From Mobula birostris (taxonomy: Eukaryota), in assembly GCF_030028105.1 (NCBI RefSeq), contig NC_092379.1, forward strand, positions 25,475,821-25,539,820: a DNA stretch of 64,000 bases. The letters run 5' to 3'. Every line of letters starts with the position of its first letter. Position 1 is the stretch's first letter. Below are positions 13,763 to 26,404 of the stretch, in pieces. Made by a program: the position numbers and the translations under genes. The notes beneath the pieces are model-generated. The model was not told the DNA's origin. It saw only the letters and a program-made list of their open reading frames with translations, and ran no database searches.

Positions 13763-13772
13763 ATGCGTCATT
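13763..13772 (-). promoter_or_regulatory. CRE-like promoter element upstream of the V leader
   Basis: aaTGACGCAt about 90 nt upstream of the ATG; TCR V promoters commonly carry CRE-like motifs. A short motif that could be chance. Confidence 0.4.
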
Positions 13773-14169
13773 TCCTGAAGAGCTGAGAGCTGTACTTATT
13801 TTTATAACTTGGTTTGTTGAGGCATGGGTGCCGACGCGACAGCGAAACTTATTCTGATTTCATCGACTCCAAACAATAGGTTGGTGTTTTAAAATGCAAA
13901 ATGTCAAAAGAAAGCACTAAGTGTTTGTGTTAGATATCTGAGAGTACCAGAGATCCAGAACTGGCTTCGATTTTTCTGGATTTTTATTGACACTTCGATT
14001 AATATTATTTTATTTTAAATTAATACCATTCTTATGAAAAAAATAGAATAATTATTATAATGATTATACATAAATATGGCTGATCTGGGATCCCACTCAA
14101 TCCCACACACCAGACTTGTCTCCGTATTAGGTTATACCCTGGCCAATCAGGAAACTGTCAATTTCCGAT

Positions 14170-14380
14170 TTAAATATACCCACAGTCTTGACCACCACAG
14201 TCTGTAGCAGAGATTTCCGAAGATTCAGTACCGTGTGGGCGAAAATAAAATCTTCCTTTCTTGTACCTCAAAAGGCCACCCTTAATTCTGAGGCTGTGCC
14301 CTTTTGTTTTAGATACTCCCAATTCAGAAAACATGCACTCCACAGCCATCTTACTTACTCTATTCAATATACCATATCGG
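14170..14380 (-). mobile_element. CR1 3' fragment
   Basis: KTKGHSLRIKGG...tctctgctacagactgtggtggtcaagac, a CR1 C-terminus. Confidence 0.6.
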
Positions 14381-14634
14381 TTTAAATTATAATTTGTGGC
14401 AATCTGACTCTAACACTGGATGAGGCTTGAACTTATAGAGAGGTATAATTTATTTCATGAGTTTCTATTTTAGAGCAAGATTTTGGTAAATCATATTTGG
14501 GATTTGATTGTGTCGATGCACACCGTCAGCTTTGATTTATATTGCAGCAGAATTCTGTAATGTATTGGGTTGTTCTTTCCCTGAGCATTTTCTACATGTT
14601 TATATATGTATATATATTCCGAGAGAATCAATAT

Positions 14635-14960
14635 ATGTCACTTTCACCACTATACAGGAAGGCACACCAGGAGAACCGGAATAGAGTGACCCCAATATAC
14701 ACACTGTTGAAGTGTCGCCTAACCTGGAAGGATTGTTTGGGGCACTGAAGAATTGAAAAGGAGGAAGCATAAAGGCAAATGTAACACTTGCTCCAGCTCT
14801 GCCGATAAATGCCAGGAGCTAGGCTAGTTGGGGGCGGGTGGGTGGTTACTAATGCGCAAGTGAATTACGTTGGGAGTGATCCATACGGAAAGCAGTAAGC
14901 GAGGAGGGGTGGGAGATGTGATGTGTTTGATGGTGGGGTCCCGTTGGAGATGGCATAAGT
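14635..14960 (-). mobile_element. Penelope-like element, GIY-YIG endonuclease region
   Basis: Minus strand: AFRMDHSQRNSL...KCYICLY...PKQSFQVRRHF...FLYSGE, a degenerate PLE GIY-YIG. Confidence 0.7.
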
Positions 14961-15489
14961 TCCGGATAATTCCGGAGAACAGAAAAAGAGCTATTATAAT
15001 ATGAAACAGAACAGCACGATGCGTAGAAGTGATGGGTGAATATGATAGATAAACGTATCTGAAATACCTGCAAGTAAGGATAGCAAAAGATAGTCCGACA
15101 AAGGAAAAGCTACTGGCAGAATTTACTTCAAAACATAAGAAAAAAAAAACAAACTATTAAACAGGGCTCAACAGTACAGCATTATTTCAAACGAAGTAAA
15201 TACTCACGCTATCTGTATTGACGTATTATTTTGGCATCATATCTTTATCAAAAAGCAAATTATAAAACTAACAAAAGAAAGGAGAACTGAAGTTGCATAT
15301 GTCAGAAAACAATATGTGCGCTGCAACGCGCCAAGATTAACACGACAAAAAGAAAAAAAAAAAAACAGAAGGCGGAAGTGGAATAACAGATGTTCTAATT
15401 CTATGCCAGAGTCACATAAAACCTCTTATTATATATTTTCATTAAAGGAAACAGGATTTAGCATACGGTTCGAGTGCATGCAATTCTGA

Positions 15490-15725
15490 ATATAGGACAC
15501 AGCACTAAATTCAACTGAGAGATTAAACATTCAAAGATGAAAGAATACCATCCAGCTGATAAGAATTATCTTCCAAGAAAGACATCGCCATGGTCTGAAC
15601 ACACTAGATGTCAATGAGAAAGCGTCGAACACCAGATCCAAACTTGAAGATCTCTTCTCCCAAAAATAAGGCTTCCTTATGGCAATAAAGGACCAGCTGT
15701 TGACCACACACAGACATATATAAGT
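15490..15725 (+). mobile_element. R4/Dong-like LINE fragment
   Basis: Reads ...DVNEKASN...EDLFSQK*GFLMAIKDQLLTT, resembling the R4-clade GDLFPETEGFLxAIQDQVIxT motif. Confidence 0.5.
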
Positions 15726-18671
15726 AGAATGTAGAAACTGCTAAAGGAAAGAACAACGCAACACACTAGGAGCATAGAAATATAGAAAAGCTACTGCGCA
15801 ATACAGGCCGTTCTGCTCAGAAAGCTGTACCGAACATGTCCTTACCTGAGAAATTGCCTCGGTTTGACCTGGTGCCAGGGTCTGGGATATTTTTGATCGC
15901 GTCCAATATATCCTGAAGTGGGAGGGTGAGGAGCCAGAGGTCGTGGTACATATAGGTACCAATGACATTGGTAGAAAAAGGGAAGAGGGCCTGAAAGGAG
16001 AATATAGGGTGTTAAGAAGGGAGTTGAGAAAAAAGGCCTCAAAGGTAGTAATCTCGGGATTACTGCCTGTGCCACTCAACAGTGAGAGTAGGAATGCAAT
16101 GCGGTGGAGGATAAATGCGTGGCTGAGGGATTGGAGCCAGGGGGCAGGGATTCAAGTTTCTTTGGATCATTGGGACCTCTCTTGGCACAAGTATGACCTG
16201 TTCAAAAAGGGGCCGGTTACAGTTGATTCCTGGGGGGGGGGGGGCAATACCCTGGCGGGGAGATTTGCGAAGGCTACTGAGGTTGTTTTAAACCAGAATG
16301 GTTGTGGGGGGGAATCAAATTAAAGAGACTAGGAGAGAGCAGGTTAGTTCACAACAGGGGGATGGGAACAAGTACAGAGAGACAGAGGGGTGTAAAATGA
16401 GGGTAGGAGCAAAAAGTAGTAAGGCGAATAGTAAAAGTGGCAGGCCGACCAATCCAGGGCAAAAATCAAAAAGGGCCACTTTTCAACATAATTGTATAAG
16501 GGCTAAGATTGCTGTAAAAGCGAGCTGAATGCTTTATGTGTCAATGCAAGGAACATTCGTAACAAGGTGGATGAATTAAAAGTGCAGATTGTTATTAGTG
16601 AATATGATATAGTTTGGATCACAGAGACATGACTCCAGGGTGACCAGGGATGGGAGCTCAACATTCAGGGATATTCAATATGCAGGCGGGATGGACATGA
16701 AAGAAACAGAGGTGGGGTAGCATTACTGGTTAGAGAGGAGATTAACACAATAGAAAGGAAGGACATTAGCCAGGAGGATGTGGAGTCGATATGGGTAGAA
16801 CTGCATAATACTAAGGGGCAGAAAACGCTGGTGGGGGTTGTGTACAGGCCACCTAACAGTAGTAGTGAGGTTGGGGATGGTATTAAACAGGAAATTAGAA
16901 ATGTGTGCAATAAAGGAACATCAGTTATAATGGGTAATTTCAATCTGCAAATAGTTTGGGTGAACGACATTGGTAAGGGTGCTGAGGAAGAGGATTTCTT
17001 GGAATTGTATACGGGATGTGTTTTTGAACCAACATGTCGAGGGACCAACTAGAGAGCAGACTATTCTAGACTGGGTATTGAGCAATGAGGAAGAGTTAAT
17101 TAGCAATCTTATTGTGAGAGGCCCCTTGGGTAAGAGTGACCATAATATGGTGGAATTCTGTATTAAGATGGAGAGTGACGTAGTTAATTCAGCAGCAAAG
17201 GATCGGAACTTAAAGTAGGGTAACTTTGAAGGCATGAGACGTGAATTAGCTAAGATAGACTGACAAATGTCACTTAAAGGGTTGACGATGGATATGCAAT
17301 GGCAAGCATTTAAAGATCGCATGGATGGACTACAACAATTGTTCATCCCAATTTGTCAAAAGAACAAATCAAGGAAGGTAGTGCACCCGTGGCTGACAAG
17401 GACAATTAGGGATAGTATCAATTCCAAAGAAGCCGCATGCAAATTAGCCAGAAAAAGTGGCTCACCTGAGGACTGGGAGAAAATCAGAGTCCAGCAGGGG
17501 AGGACAAAGGGCTTAATTAGGAAGGGGAAAAAGATATGAGAGAAAACTGGCAGGGAACATAAAAAAAGACTGTAAAAGCTTTTATAGATATGTGAAAAGA
17601 AAAAGATTGGTTAAGACAAATGTAGGTCCCCTACAGACAGAAACAGGCGAATTGATTATGGGGAGCAAGGACATGGCAGACCAATTGAATAACTACTTTG
17701 GTTCTGTCTTCACTAAGGAGGACATAAATAATCTTCCGGAAATAGTAGGGGACAGGAGGTCCAGTAAGGTGGAGGAACTGAGGGAAATACTTGTCAGTAG
17801 GGAAGTGGTGTTAGGTAAATTGAAACGATTAAAGGCACATAAATCCCCAGGACCAGATGGTCTGCATCCCAGAGTGCTTAAGGAAGTAGCCCAAGAAATA
17901 GTGGATGCATTAGTGATATTTTTTTTCTTTAAAACTCTTTAGATTCTGGAGTAGTTCCTGAGGATTGGAGGGTGGCTAATGTAATCCCACTTTTTAAAAC
18001 TGAGGGAGAGAGAAACCGGGGAATTATAGAACGGTTAGCCTGACAGCAGTGGTGGGGAAATTCTAGAGTCAGTTATCAAAGATGTGAAAACAGTACAATT
18101 GGAAAGCGGTGAAATCATCGGACACAGCCAGCATGGATTTGGGAAAGGAATATCACGTCTGACGAATCCCATAGAATTTTTTGAGTATGTAACTAGTAGA
18201 GTGGATAGATGGAGAACCAGTGGATGTGGTATATTTGGATTCTCAAAAGGATTTTGACAAGGTCCCACTCAGGAGATTAGTGTGTAAACTTAAAGCACAC
18301 GGTATTGGGAGTAAGGTATGATGTGGATAAATTGGTTGGCAGACAGGAAGCAAAGGGTGGGAATAAACGGGACCTTTTCAGAATGGCAGGCAGTGACTAG
18401 TGGGGTACAGCAAGGCTCAGTGCTGGGACCCCAGTCGTTTACAATATATATTTATGACCTAGGTGAGGGATTTAAATGCAGCATCTCCATGTTTGCGGAT
18501 GACACGAAGCGGGGCAGCAGTGTTAGCTGTGAAGAGGATGTTAAGAGGATGCAGGGTGACTTGGATAGGTTAGGTGGATGGGCAAATTCATGGTAGATTC
18601 AATTTAATGTGGATAAATGTGAGGTTATCCACTTTGGTGGCAAAAAGAGGAAAACAGATTATTATCTGAAT

Positions 18672-18771
18672 AACACACATCAAAGATGCTGGCGAAAGCA
18701 GCAGGCCAGGCAGCATCTCTAGGAAGAGGTGCAGTCGACGTCTCAGGCCGAGACCCTTCGTCAGGACCTTA
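18672..18771 (-). mobile_element. 100-bp Penelope pseudo-LTR-derived insertion inside the CR1 RT, 9-bp TSD
   Basis: tatctgaat duplicated at 18663-18671 and 18772-18780. Insert matches 50590-50690 and 36965-37035 and contains a hammerhead motif. Confidence 0.8.
18733..18768 (-). ncRNA. Minimal type I hammerhead ribozyme motif (GAAA core mutated to GAGA)
   Basis: GGUC-CUGACGA-AGG GUCUCGG CCU-GAGAC-GUC-GACU. Confidence 0.6.
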
Positions 18772-19535
18772 TATCTGAATGGTGGCCGATTACGAAAAGG
18801 GGTGGTGCGACTAGACCTGGGTGTCATTATACACCAGTGATTGAGAGCGGGCGTGCAGGTACAGCAGGCGGTGAAAAAGGCGAATGATATGCTGGCATTA
18901 ATTGCAAGAGGATTCGAGTACAGGAGCAGGGAGGTACTACTGCAGTTATAAAAGGCCTTGGTGAGACCACACCTGGAGTATTGTGTGCAGTTTTGGTCCC
19001 CTAATCTGAAGAAAGACATCCTTGCCATAGAGAGAGTACAAAGAAGGTTCACCATATTGATTTCTGGGATGGCAGGACTTTCATATGATGAAAGACTGGA
19101 TCGACTAGGCTTATACACGTTGGAATTTAGAAGATTGAGGGGGGATCTAATTGAAACATACAAAATCCTAAAAGGATTGAACAGGCTAGATGCAGGAAGA
19201 TTGTTCCCGATGTTGGGGAAGTCCAGCACGAGGAGTCACAGTTTCAGGATAAAGGGGAAGCCTTTTAGGACTGAGATTAGGAAACACTTCTTCACACATG
19301 GAGTGGTCAATCTGTGGAATTCTCTGTCACAGGAAACAGTTGAGACTAGTTCATCGGCTATATTTAACAGGGAGTTAGATATGGCCCTTGTGGCTAAAGG
19401 GATCAGGGGTTAAGGGAGCAAGGCTGGTTCAGGGTTCTGAGTTGGATGATCAGCCATGATCATACTGAATGGCGGTGCAGACTCGAAAGGCCGAATGGCC
19501 TACTCCTGCACCTATGTTCTATGTTTCTATGTTTA

Positions 19536-21110
19536 CCCATAGCCCTCTATTTTTCTGAGCTCCAAATACCGGTCCAGGAGTATCTTCAATGACCCAATCG
19601 TATCTGCCTCCACCACCAGCGCCAGCAGCCCATTCCACGTACTCACCATACTTTGGGTACTAAACGTACCACTGATATCTCCTCTGTACTTACATCCAAG
19701 TACCTTAAAATTGTGCCCTTTCGCGCTAGCCATTTCAGCTCCGGGCAAAAGCCATTGTCTATCCACACGATAATTACCTTTATTCATCTTATACACATCT
19801 ATCAGACCAGTTCAGATGCTCCGTCGCTCCTAGGGGAAAAAAAAAGGCCGACTTCACTCAAATTATTCTCATAACCCATGCACCCTAATCAGGCAACATC
19901 CCTGCAAATCTCCTCTGCGCATTTTCTCCGGCTTCCACGTCCTTCCTATGCAGAGGTCAACAGAACTGAGCACAGTACTGTTAGTGAGCTCTGCAGGGGG
20001 TTCTATACAGCTCCAACATTACCTCTTGGCTCCTAAACTTGACCCCACGATTGATGAAGGCCAATGCACCGCATTGTTTCTTAACCACATCGTCAACTGC
20101 GCAACAGCCTAATATGTCCTATGGACCAGCACCACGATACACCTCTGATCTTCCACACAGCTAAGAGTGATATTACTGATACTGTATTCTGTCATCGTAT
20201 TTCAGCTATCAAAATGAACCATCTCACACTTCTCTGGGTTGAACTCCATCTGCCTCTTTCAGCACATTTATGCATCCTATCAATGTCCTACTGTAACAAC
20301 TGACAACCCTCCACTCTATCTACAGCATTCCCATCCTTTGTGTCATCAGCGCATTTACTAGCCCATCCCTACACTTCTTCATCCAGGTCATTTGTAAAAA
20401 ATCACGAAGAGTAGCGGTCTCACAACAGATCCTTGAGGCACACCGCTGGTGACCGAATTACGTACCAAATATACCCTGTTTACAACTATACTTTGCCTTC
20501 TGTGGGCAAGCCAGTTCTGGATACACTAAGCATTTCCCCTTGGATACCATGCCTCCTTACATCTTCATTAAGCTTTGCATGGGGTACCTTCTCAAATGCC
20601 TCGCTGAATTCCATATACACTACATTTACCGGTATCAAGATGTTTAGTCTTATCCTCAACTAATTCAATCAGATCGAAAGGCATAAGCTGCATTTCACAC
20701 AGCCATGCTGACTAATCCAAATGCTATTATACCTCTCCAAATGTACACAAATTCTGCCTTTCAGGATCTTCTCCATCAACTTAAAAACAACTGAATTAAG
20801 ACTCACTGTTCTATAATTTCCTGGGATACCTCTACTCCCGTTCCCGAGTAATTGAACGATATTCGCTGGCGTCCAATTCTCTGGAACCTCTCCAATGCCC
20901 ACTAATGATGTAAAGATCATTGTCAGATGCTCAGCAATCTCCTCCATCGCCTCCCACAGTAGCCTGTGGTACATTTCATCCGGTCCCCGTGACTTATCAC
21001 ACTTGATTCTTTCCAAAAGCTCCAGCACATTGTCCTTCCTAATATCTACATGCTCAAGCTTTTTCGTCAACTCCAAGTTATCCCAACAATCGTGAATAGA
21101 AAAAAAAAAA
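19536..21110 (-). mobile_element. CR1 LINE RT and 3' fragments
   Basis: KSRGPDEMYHRLLWE, GNYRTVSL, STWNGLLALVVEADTIG; shares its (catagaaa) tail junction with the preceding element. Confidence 0.75.
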
Positions 21111-21114
21111 AACA

Positions 21115-24110
21115 TAGAAAACCATAGAAACTACAGCACAGAAACAGGCCTTTTGGCCGTTCTTGGCTGTGCCGAACCATTTTCTGCCTTGTCCCAATGA
21201 CCTGTCCACGAACCATATCCCTCCATACCCCTCCCATCCATGTATCTGTCCAATTTATTCTTAAATGTTGAAAAAGAACCCCCATTTACTACCTCGTCTG
21301 GCAGCTCATTCCATACTCCCACCACTCTCTGTGCGAAGAAGCCCCCACCCTAATGTTCCCTTTAAACTCCACCCCCCCACCCTTAATCCATATCCTCTGC
21401 TTTGTTTTTCCCCTTGCCTCAGTGGAAAAAGCCTGCTTGCATTCACTCTATCTATATCCATCATAATTTTATGTACCTCATCAAATCTCCCCTCATTCTT
21501 CTACGCTCCAGGGAATAAAGTCCTAACCTATTCAACCTTTCTCTGTAACTGAGTTTCTCAAGTCCCGGCAACATTCTTGTAAACCTTATGTGCACTCTTT
21601 CAACCTTATTTATATCCTTCCTGTAATTTGGTGACCAAAACTGAACACAATACCCCAGATTCGGCCTCAGCAATGCCTTATAGAACCTCATCCTAGCATT
21701 CCAGATCTTATACTCAACACCTTGATTAATAAAGGCCAATGTTACAGAAGCTCTCTTTACGACCCTATCTGCCTGTGACGTCACTTTTAGGGAATTTTGT
21801 ATCTGTATTCCCAGATCCCTCTGTTCCACTGCACTCCTCAGTGCGTTACCATTAACCCTGTATGTTCTACCTTGGTTTGTCCTTCCAACGTGCAATACTT
21901 CACACTTGTCAGTATTAAACTCCATCTACCACTTTTCAGGCCATTTTTTCAGGTGGTCCAAGTCCGTCTGCAGGCTCTGAAAACCTTCTTCACTGTCTAC
22001 TACACCTCCAATCTTTGTATCATCAGCAAACTTGCTGATGCAATTTACCACATTATCATCCAGATCATTGATATAGATGACAAATAACAGTGGACCCAGC
22101 ACTGATGCCTGTGGCACACCACTAGTCACAGGCCTCCACTCGGAGTAGCAATTCTCTACCACCACGTTCTGGCTTTTTCCATCAAGCCAATGTCTAATCC
22201 AATTTACCACCTCTCCATGTATACCTAGCGACTGAATTTTCCTAACTAACCTTCCACGCGGGACCTTGTCAAAGGCCTTACTGAAGTCCATGTAGACAAC
22301 ATTCACTGCCCTCCTTTCATCCACTTTTTGGTAGCCTCCTCGAAAAATTCCAATACAAGGGTCAAACATGACCTACCATGCACAAAGCCATGTTGACTAT
22401 CGCTAATAAGTCCCTGTCTATTCAAATGCTTGTAATTGCTGTTTCTTAGTACTCCCTCCAATAACTTACCTACTACCGACGTTAAATTTACTGGCCTATA
22501 ATTTCCCGGATTACTTTTCGATCCTTTTTCAAACAACGGAACAACATGAGGCACTCTCCAATACTCCGGCACCTCACCTGTAGACAGCGACAGTTTAAAT
22601 ATTTCAGCCAGGGTCCCTGCAATTTCAACACTAGTCTCCTTCAAGGTCCGAGGGAACACCCTGTCAGGTCCTGAGGATTTATCCACTTTAATGTTCCTCA
22701 AGACAGCAAAGACCTCCTCCTTCTCTATCTGTACAGTCCCCATGATTTTACTACTTGTTTCTCTTAATTCCATGGACTTCATTCCAGTTTCCTTAGTAAA
22801 TAGAGACGCAGAAAAAAAAAATATTTAAGATCTCCCCCATTTCCTTTGGTTCCGCACATAGCCGACCACTCTGATCTTCAAGAGGATACATTTTATCCCT
22901 TACAATCCTTTTGCTCTTAATATACCTGTAAAAGCTCTTTAGATTATCCTTCACTTTGACTGCCAAGGCAACCTCACGTCTTCTTAAGTATTTTCTTGCA
23001 CTCCTTATACTCCTCAAGCACCTTATTTACTCCCCTGCTTCCTATACACGTCATACAACTCCCTCTTCTTCTTTATCAGAGGTGCAATGTCCCTTGAGAA
23101 CGAAGGTTCCTTATTCCTATTCACCTTGCCTTTAATCCTGACAGGAACATACAAATTCTGCACTCTCAAAATTTCTGCTTTGAAGTCTTTCCACCTACCG
23201 ATCACATCCATGGCAGAGAACAACCTGTCCCAATCCACGCTTTTTAGATCCTTTCTCATTTCTTCAAATTTGGCCTTCTTCCAGTTGAGAACCTCAACCC
23301 TAGGACCAGATCTATCTTTGTCCATGATCAAGTTGAAACTAATGGTGTTATGATCACTGGAACCAAAGTGCTCCCTTACGCAGACTTCTGTCACTTGTCC
23401 TGACTCGTTTCCTAACAGGAGATCCAATATTGCATCCCCTCTAGTTGGTCTCTCCATATATTGATTTACAAAACTTTCCTGAACACATTTTACAAACTCT
23501 AAACCATCTAGACCCCTAACAGTATGGAAACCCAATCAATATATGGAAAATTAACATTCCCTACCACCACGACTTTATGTTTCCAGCAGTTGTCTGCTAT
23601 CTCTCTGAGATTTGCAATTCAATTCTCTTTGACTGTTGGCTGGTCTGTAACACAATCCCACTAATGTGGCCATACCTTTCCTGTTTCTCAGCTCCACCCA
23701 CAAGGACTCAGTAGACAAGCCCTCTAATCTGCCCTGCCTGAGCACTGCTGTAATATTTTCCCTAACAAGCAATGCCACTCCCCCAGCTTTCATTCCTCTG
23801 CCTCGATCACATCTGAAACATCGGAACCCTGGAATATTAAGCTGCCAGTCCTGCCCCTCCTGTAGCCAAGTTTCACTAATTGCTACAACGTCATAATTCC
23901 ACGTGTCAATCCAGGCCCTCAACTCATCCGCCTTCCCCGCTATACTCCTAGCATTGAAATATATACACCTCAGAAGATTTTTACCACCACTCACAACCTT
24001 TCTATTAGCGGATTTGCTTGAACTTTTAACATCATTTATTTTCACCCCAGCCACACGGTCAGCTCTGGCACTTTGGTTCCCATCCCCCTGCAAATCTAGT
24101 TTTAAGCCCC
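21115..24110 (-). mobile_element. CR1 LINE, 5'-truncated; same subfamily and orientation as 2722-7360
   Basis: ORFs 21461-24093 closely match those of 2791-7289 (both MQGDGNQSARAD...CIYFNARSIAGKADELRAWIDT). Confidence 0.92.
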
Positions 24111-24129
24111 CCTCCCCCCTACAGCGTTA

Positions 24130-25510
24130 ACAAACCTCCACTGAAGCAAAGTACTAAGAAGTACCTCTGCTCCCTTCTCTGTTTCCATACAGACGTTTTA
24201 ATTGTCACACTTTATTGGCCCTATTCTCTCACGTCTTTTCATCTTGCTCTTCGCATGCTTGTATAATGCCTTGGGGTTTTCCTTAATCCTGTCCTTAATC
24301 ATGGCCCCTACTGGTTCTCCTAATTTCTTTCTGGAGATCCTTCCTGCAAGCCTTATAACCTTCTAACTCTCTATAGATACCTACCTTTTTTGAATCTTTC
24401 ATAAGCTCTTCCTTTCTTCCTGACTAGATTTACAAAAGCTTTTGTACACCACTGTTCCTGTACCCTACCATCTTTTGCCTGTCTCATTGGAACGTACATA
24501 TGCAGAATTCCACGCAAATATCCCCTGAATCTTTGCCAGATTTCTCCTGTCCATTTCCGTGAGAACTTCTGTTTCCATTTTTTTCCCCAAGTTTGCGCCT
24601 GATAGCCTCATATTTCCCCTTACTCCAATTAAACGCTTTCCTAACTTGTCTGTTCGGATTCCCCCTCCACTGCTATGGTAAAGGAGATACAACTGTGATC
24701 ACTATCTCCAAAATGCTCCTCCACTCAGAGATATGACACCTGACCAGGTACATTTTCCAATACCAGATCAAGCACAGCCTTGCATTCTGCAGGCGTATTT
24801 TAATATGGTGTCCAGAAACCCTCTTGAACACACCAAACAAACTGCACCCCATCCAAACCCCGCGGTCAAGGGACATGCCGATCGATATATGGGAAATTGA
24901 AATCTCCCACCAAGAAAACTCTGTTTTTATTACGACTTTCCAGCATCTGTCTCCCTATCTGCTCCTCGATGTCCATGTTGCTAATGGGTGGTCTATAAAA
25001 AACACCGAGCCAGGCGCTCGAAGTATGCATTCCTCCCCCTGCGTTATCGAACTCTCCGAAATGGCCACAACACCTTTGCTCCAAGTGCTGATCGACGCCC
25101 TAAGCTCATCCACATTGTTTCTAATATTCCTTGCATTAAAATAGACACACCTCAAACCATCGGTCTGAGTGCAACCCTTCTCTATCACCTGCTTATCCTC
25201 CTCTCGCACTGTCTACAAACTATCTCTATTTGTAAGCAAACCGGTTCTTCCTCCGTCTCTGCAGTTTGGCTCTCAACCACTATTTGAAGGTCATCGAGCA
25301 GCATCTCCAGTTTCCTAACACAGTCCTTAAGGAGCTGCAGCTCGACGCACCTGCCGCAAGTGTGGCCGTCCGGGAGACGGAGAATCTCCCGGGCCTTCCA
25401 CATCTGACACCAAGCACAGAAATCAAGCACATTATAGGATCCTACAGCAATATAACTCAATGTGGCTACTTGCATAGACACCATCAAATCCACACATCAT
25501 TCATCAAAGA
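24130..25510 (-). mobile_element. CR1 5' fragment (ORF1 zinc finger and APE start)
   Basis: CAWCQMW...HTCGRCVELQLL..VRKLE; CVYFNARNI; GDFNFP. Confidence 0.75.
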
Positions 25511-26404
25511 CTAGCTTTAAAATAGGAACTCATAAAAAATCATACCTTACTATAAATACAAGTCTCAACAAGTTTTACTGTCGTAATGCCACAAGTTTAT
25601 TTTGATCAATCTGTTATATACATATATATATCCTGTCCAGTGACTTACCAAACTTCGTTACTTCGCTGAACAGCTTACTACAGCCCCACTTACTGATCAA
25701 TTTCTGATCGGCACAATAAGCGACTGGCAGATGCTGATTTAATTCCTACGGGAATGGGACCATCCTTGCTATGGACCGGTTGCTTTGGAAGCAGTTACTG
25801 TTCAGAAACATTCTATTCCACAAAGCCAGAGTGAGAATTTACATATTGCCTCCGTGAGCAATTGAAAACTTAAAGGCACAAGGAAACCTAAAAAAAAAAA
25901 ATGACATTCCATAATTAGTTAATTCATTATTAAATACTATGAATTATACGCAGATATAAGCACTCTTAACAGGACTAGAATCCTGTTCGTTTAAACACAT
26001 TCACAGTCTTAAGAATTTTGTTCCTTTCAAGATAAGAGTCTGTGCATCATGCCGGTGTCTGAACTATTATCAAATATAGACGGGAAACGGCAACAGCTGC
26101 TCCTCAGAAACTGTCAGTTAATCTATTAAGATGTAGCCTGCTCCGATAACAGTACAAGTGAACAAGCAAATGTATTGCAGTGTAAGACAGACGCAAACGT
26201 GAATGGTAATTCATACTCTCTTTCTGAGAACTGCACGACATCAGGATATTGGCCTTGCAGGAAATCGGCCTGAGGTTTATAGCGACCTGTTCTGACTCCT
26301 CGGATCGTAAATATCTGCTTTTCCTTTGGATTAGTGCAGTACCAGGGGAATATAATTGATTCAAAGCTATTTGATAAGGTAAAGGCGTCGCGCTTCCTTC
26401 TGTC

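Larger units (their letters stand above)
15845..19535 (+). mobile_element. CR1 LINE: ORF1 SGNH-esterase C-terminus, ORF2 APE-RT and 3' tail
   Basis: VVHIGTNDIG...VVISGLLPVP...INAWL (esterase); NARNI; ITETW; SPGPDGLHPRVLKE; VQQGSVLGP; MFADDTK; (ctatgtt)n tail at 19512-19535. Multiple frameshifts. Confidence 0.92.
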
